From the NCBI GenBank assembly GCA_964035545.1, contig OZ037767.1:28226628-28290627 (forward strand): a stretch of 64,000 bases of DNA. Direction: 5' to 3'. Each line of letters begins with the position of its first letter. Within the stretch, counting starts at the first letter, position 1. The DNA comes from Bugula neritina (lineage: Eukaryota > Animalia > Bryozoa). Shown here in pieces: positions 61,865 through 64,000 of this stretch. The notes below the pieces were generated by a model. It was not told the origin of the DNA. It did not search any database and saw only the letters and a program-made list of their open reading frames with translations. The position numbers were made by a program, and so were the translations under genes.

Positions 61865-63078
61865 CTACGTCATGAACTGAGCTACGGCTCGCAGGGCATA
61901 CATTAGCTCTGCTTGCATCTTCGCCTCTAGCAGTATGATGTTAACGTGGATCTACAAGTAGAGTTAGATGTTAGAGACAGAGAGGACATAACTTTCTAAT
62001 GTTAACTTATAACAGTATAATAATACTCAAGAAGCAAAGTTAATCATTATATGGCCTTACCTTCTCAGAGTAGGTGAAGCCGACCATGATTCCATCAAAG
62101 TCTTTCTGTCGAACTCTTTCTGGGTAACAAGTCATGAGCTTAATGAAGCTTTTTAAGCCTTTCTCTAACAAAGAGTTAACTCTACCGTAATCATAGTCAT
62201 CGTGTCTTATACCCATTATGCAGTGGATGTAGTTCCATATTCCAGTTCTAAAGTCCTGAGTGTTGACATCAGTGTATTTCTCTCCCACGCTAAAACAGCA
62301 ACAGTACAATCAAGCTACTGAGACTTCCTCATATTTGACTCATAGTACAAACTGGCATAGCTTCTTGTAGAGGAAGCAGAAAAAGATCAGTTATTTTGTT
62401 TGCTAAAGTACATCATCTGATTTTATAGCCACTCCCTTGCAGAACAACTAAGCAGGGACTAGACCAGTGGGCTAGGAGCAAGCAACACTGTGCCCAGTGA
62501 TGAGTCCAGGGTACATGATATACTACCCTCTTAGCAGCAAAGCTGGTGACAACACACCAAAGTAAGAAATATGAGGGTACGTGTACTGTGTAGTAGATAC
62601 AAGGTGTTCTACAGCACATACCATCAAGTGTACACCATAACTGTTGGAACCAAGTCAACAAGGAACCCTGGGAAACCTTGTTAACAGCTAATAGGTCAAC
62701 AGTTGCAGTTTACCAGCACACCACATTGCAAACCTACATTTTCAGCTAAAGTCTTGCATAATACTTGAGCAAAGTAAGTGAAAGAGACTTACGTGTTGTA
62801 CGTGAACTGTTTAGCCACTCTGAACTTTTCATCTAGCAAATCTCCGATATCGGGATAGAACCTGTTGGCTATACTAAATCCATGCGTTTCCCATGAGCAG
62901 TCACTGGCTCTGAACGTTAGAATTGTATCCTTTTCCTTATATTTAGCAAAGTCAGTGTAAACAAACTCAGGGTGGTCTACCAGATGACTCGTACTAGATT
63001 CAACTTTGGATGCCGACTTCACACAACCACTCGGGCTGCAAGATCCCGACTCAGAGTTTCGGGCTTGTACTATGGGAT
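61865..63078 (-). CDS. SESN: Sestrin, last three coding exons (5' part not identified, probably beyond the window)
   Basis: Exons 63078-62793, 62289-62061, 61951-61865: TFRASDCSWETHGFS...LLDEKF...FTYNT, IWNYIHCIMGIRHDDYDYGRVNSLLE...CYPER...SEK, IHVNIILLEAKMQAELMYALRAVAQFMT*. Confidence 0.96.
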
Positions 63079-64000
63079 CTGAAACAAAAAGCATTTATAT
63101 GTAAAATGGTGTGTAACATAATGTACAGTATGCAATATACACAAACAGGGTATATATGAAGTACTTAATACAAATATACTATATGAAATATGCCAGAGGT
63201 GAAGGAATAACTTTTGACAAGGTAAAGCTGCATATATTTAGAGATTGAATGCCTCCATGCCACTACCAGTCAACGTGAAGTATGCACACATGCAGTTACT
63301 ACATGATTTAAGTCAGTGTGTTCCAGTTTGCAGGTAGATATGAAGAGCTGAATGCCATGGAATCACACCAAATACAACTTTGATGAGAACATTCTAGAAA
63401 CATTTTACTTTGATGCCACACGAGATTGCTGGAGAGTGTGTTTACTACTGGCATATATTTTAGCTGTAAACTTGCGGGTTATGACACAAGCCATGGTGAG
63501 AATGCACTGGATTCTAGCAGAATAACAAGTTGGCCAACAACTGTTGACAAGCCATTATCCCAATTTATCAGCGAGCCAATTGCAACACCACCTCACCAGA
63601 GCACTTGCGTGAACCCCACTTGTTATTCTCAGCCCAACAAACATGTTTGCATAAGCTATTACTACAAGTTAATAATGATGTAGCTAAATGTGCACAACCA
63701 GCATATATACTGAACTCCTGATATAGCTACACAGTGTACCATGTGCCACATTCCACTGATGGGCTGTTATCGTTGGCCAACCTTCTAGGATGTACCAAGT
63801 GTACTTAAAGATTCGTGAGCCCAAATTTCTTGAATTGCAACAACTTGTTTTGATATTAATGACTCAAAATGATGTCAACACAAACCGATACAATACCAAT
63901 TAGCTTATTTCTACAAACACTGGTGACACCAAACTGGCCCAACTGATTAGAAACAAGGAAGATACAACTACACGCAGCACACATACACACTGTCAATTCA

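Noticed and set aside
63260-64000. Further upstream Sestrin exons
   Set aside because: No segment with convincing Sestrin similarity and splice sites was found; left unannotated.

Overview
AT-rich, intron-rich invertebrate animal DNA (not prokaryotic). Gene models were rebuilt by hand from GT-AG junctions and exon phases. Left half: two tandem minus-strand paralogues of a large PARP14/PARP9-like protein (Pro/Tyr-rich N-terminus, RRM-like and KH-like repeats). The complete copy B (33233-20611, 21 coding exons, about 1510 aa) ends in a degenerate macrodomain with no WWE or ADP-ribosyltransferase domain. Copy A (15664 to beyond base 1) lacks five internal exons (999 nt), apparently in frame, exactly where a young Ty3/gypsy LTR retrotransposon (4241-10977) with a truncated 3' LTR sits. 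Right half: BCKDHB (+, head-to-head with copy B), an ankyrin-repeat protein ending in a CaaX box (-), a JIP1/MAPK8IP-like JNK scaffold (-), a three-exon 110-aa secreted, probably GPI-anchored six-cysteine protein absent from the ORF track (-), and the 3' exons of Sestrin (-). Also present: a Tc1/mariner-type non-autonomous element, a tRNA-derived SINE head, a Penelope-like GIY-YIG relic, a minimal hammerhead-ribozyme-like insert, and several minisatellites that amplify splice-site sequence next to exons.
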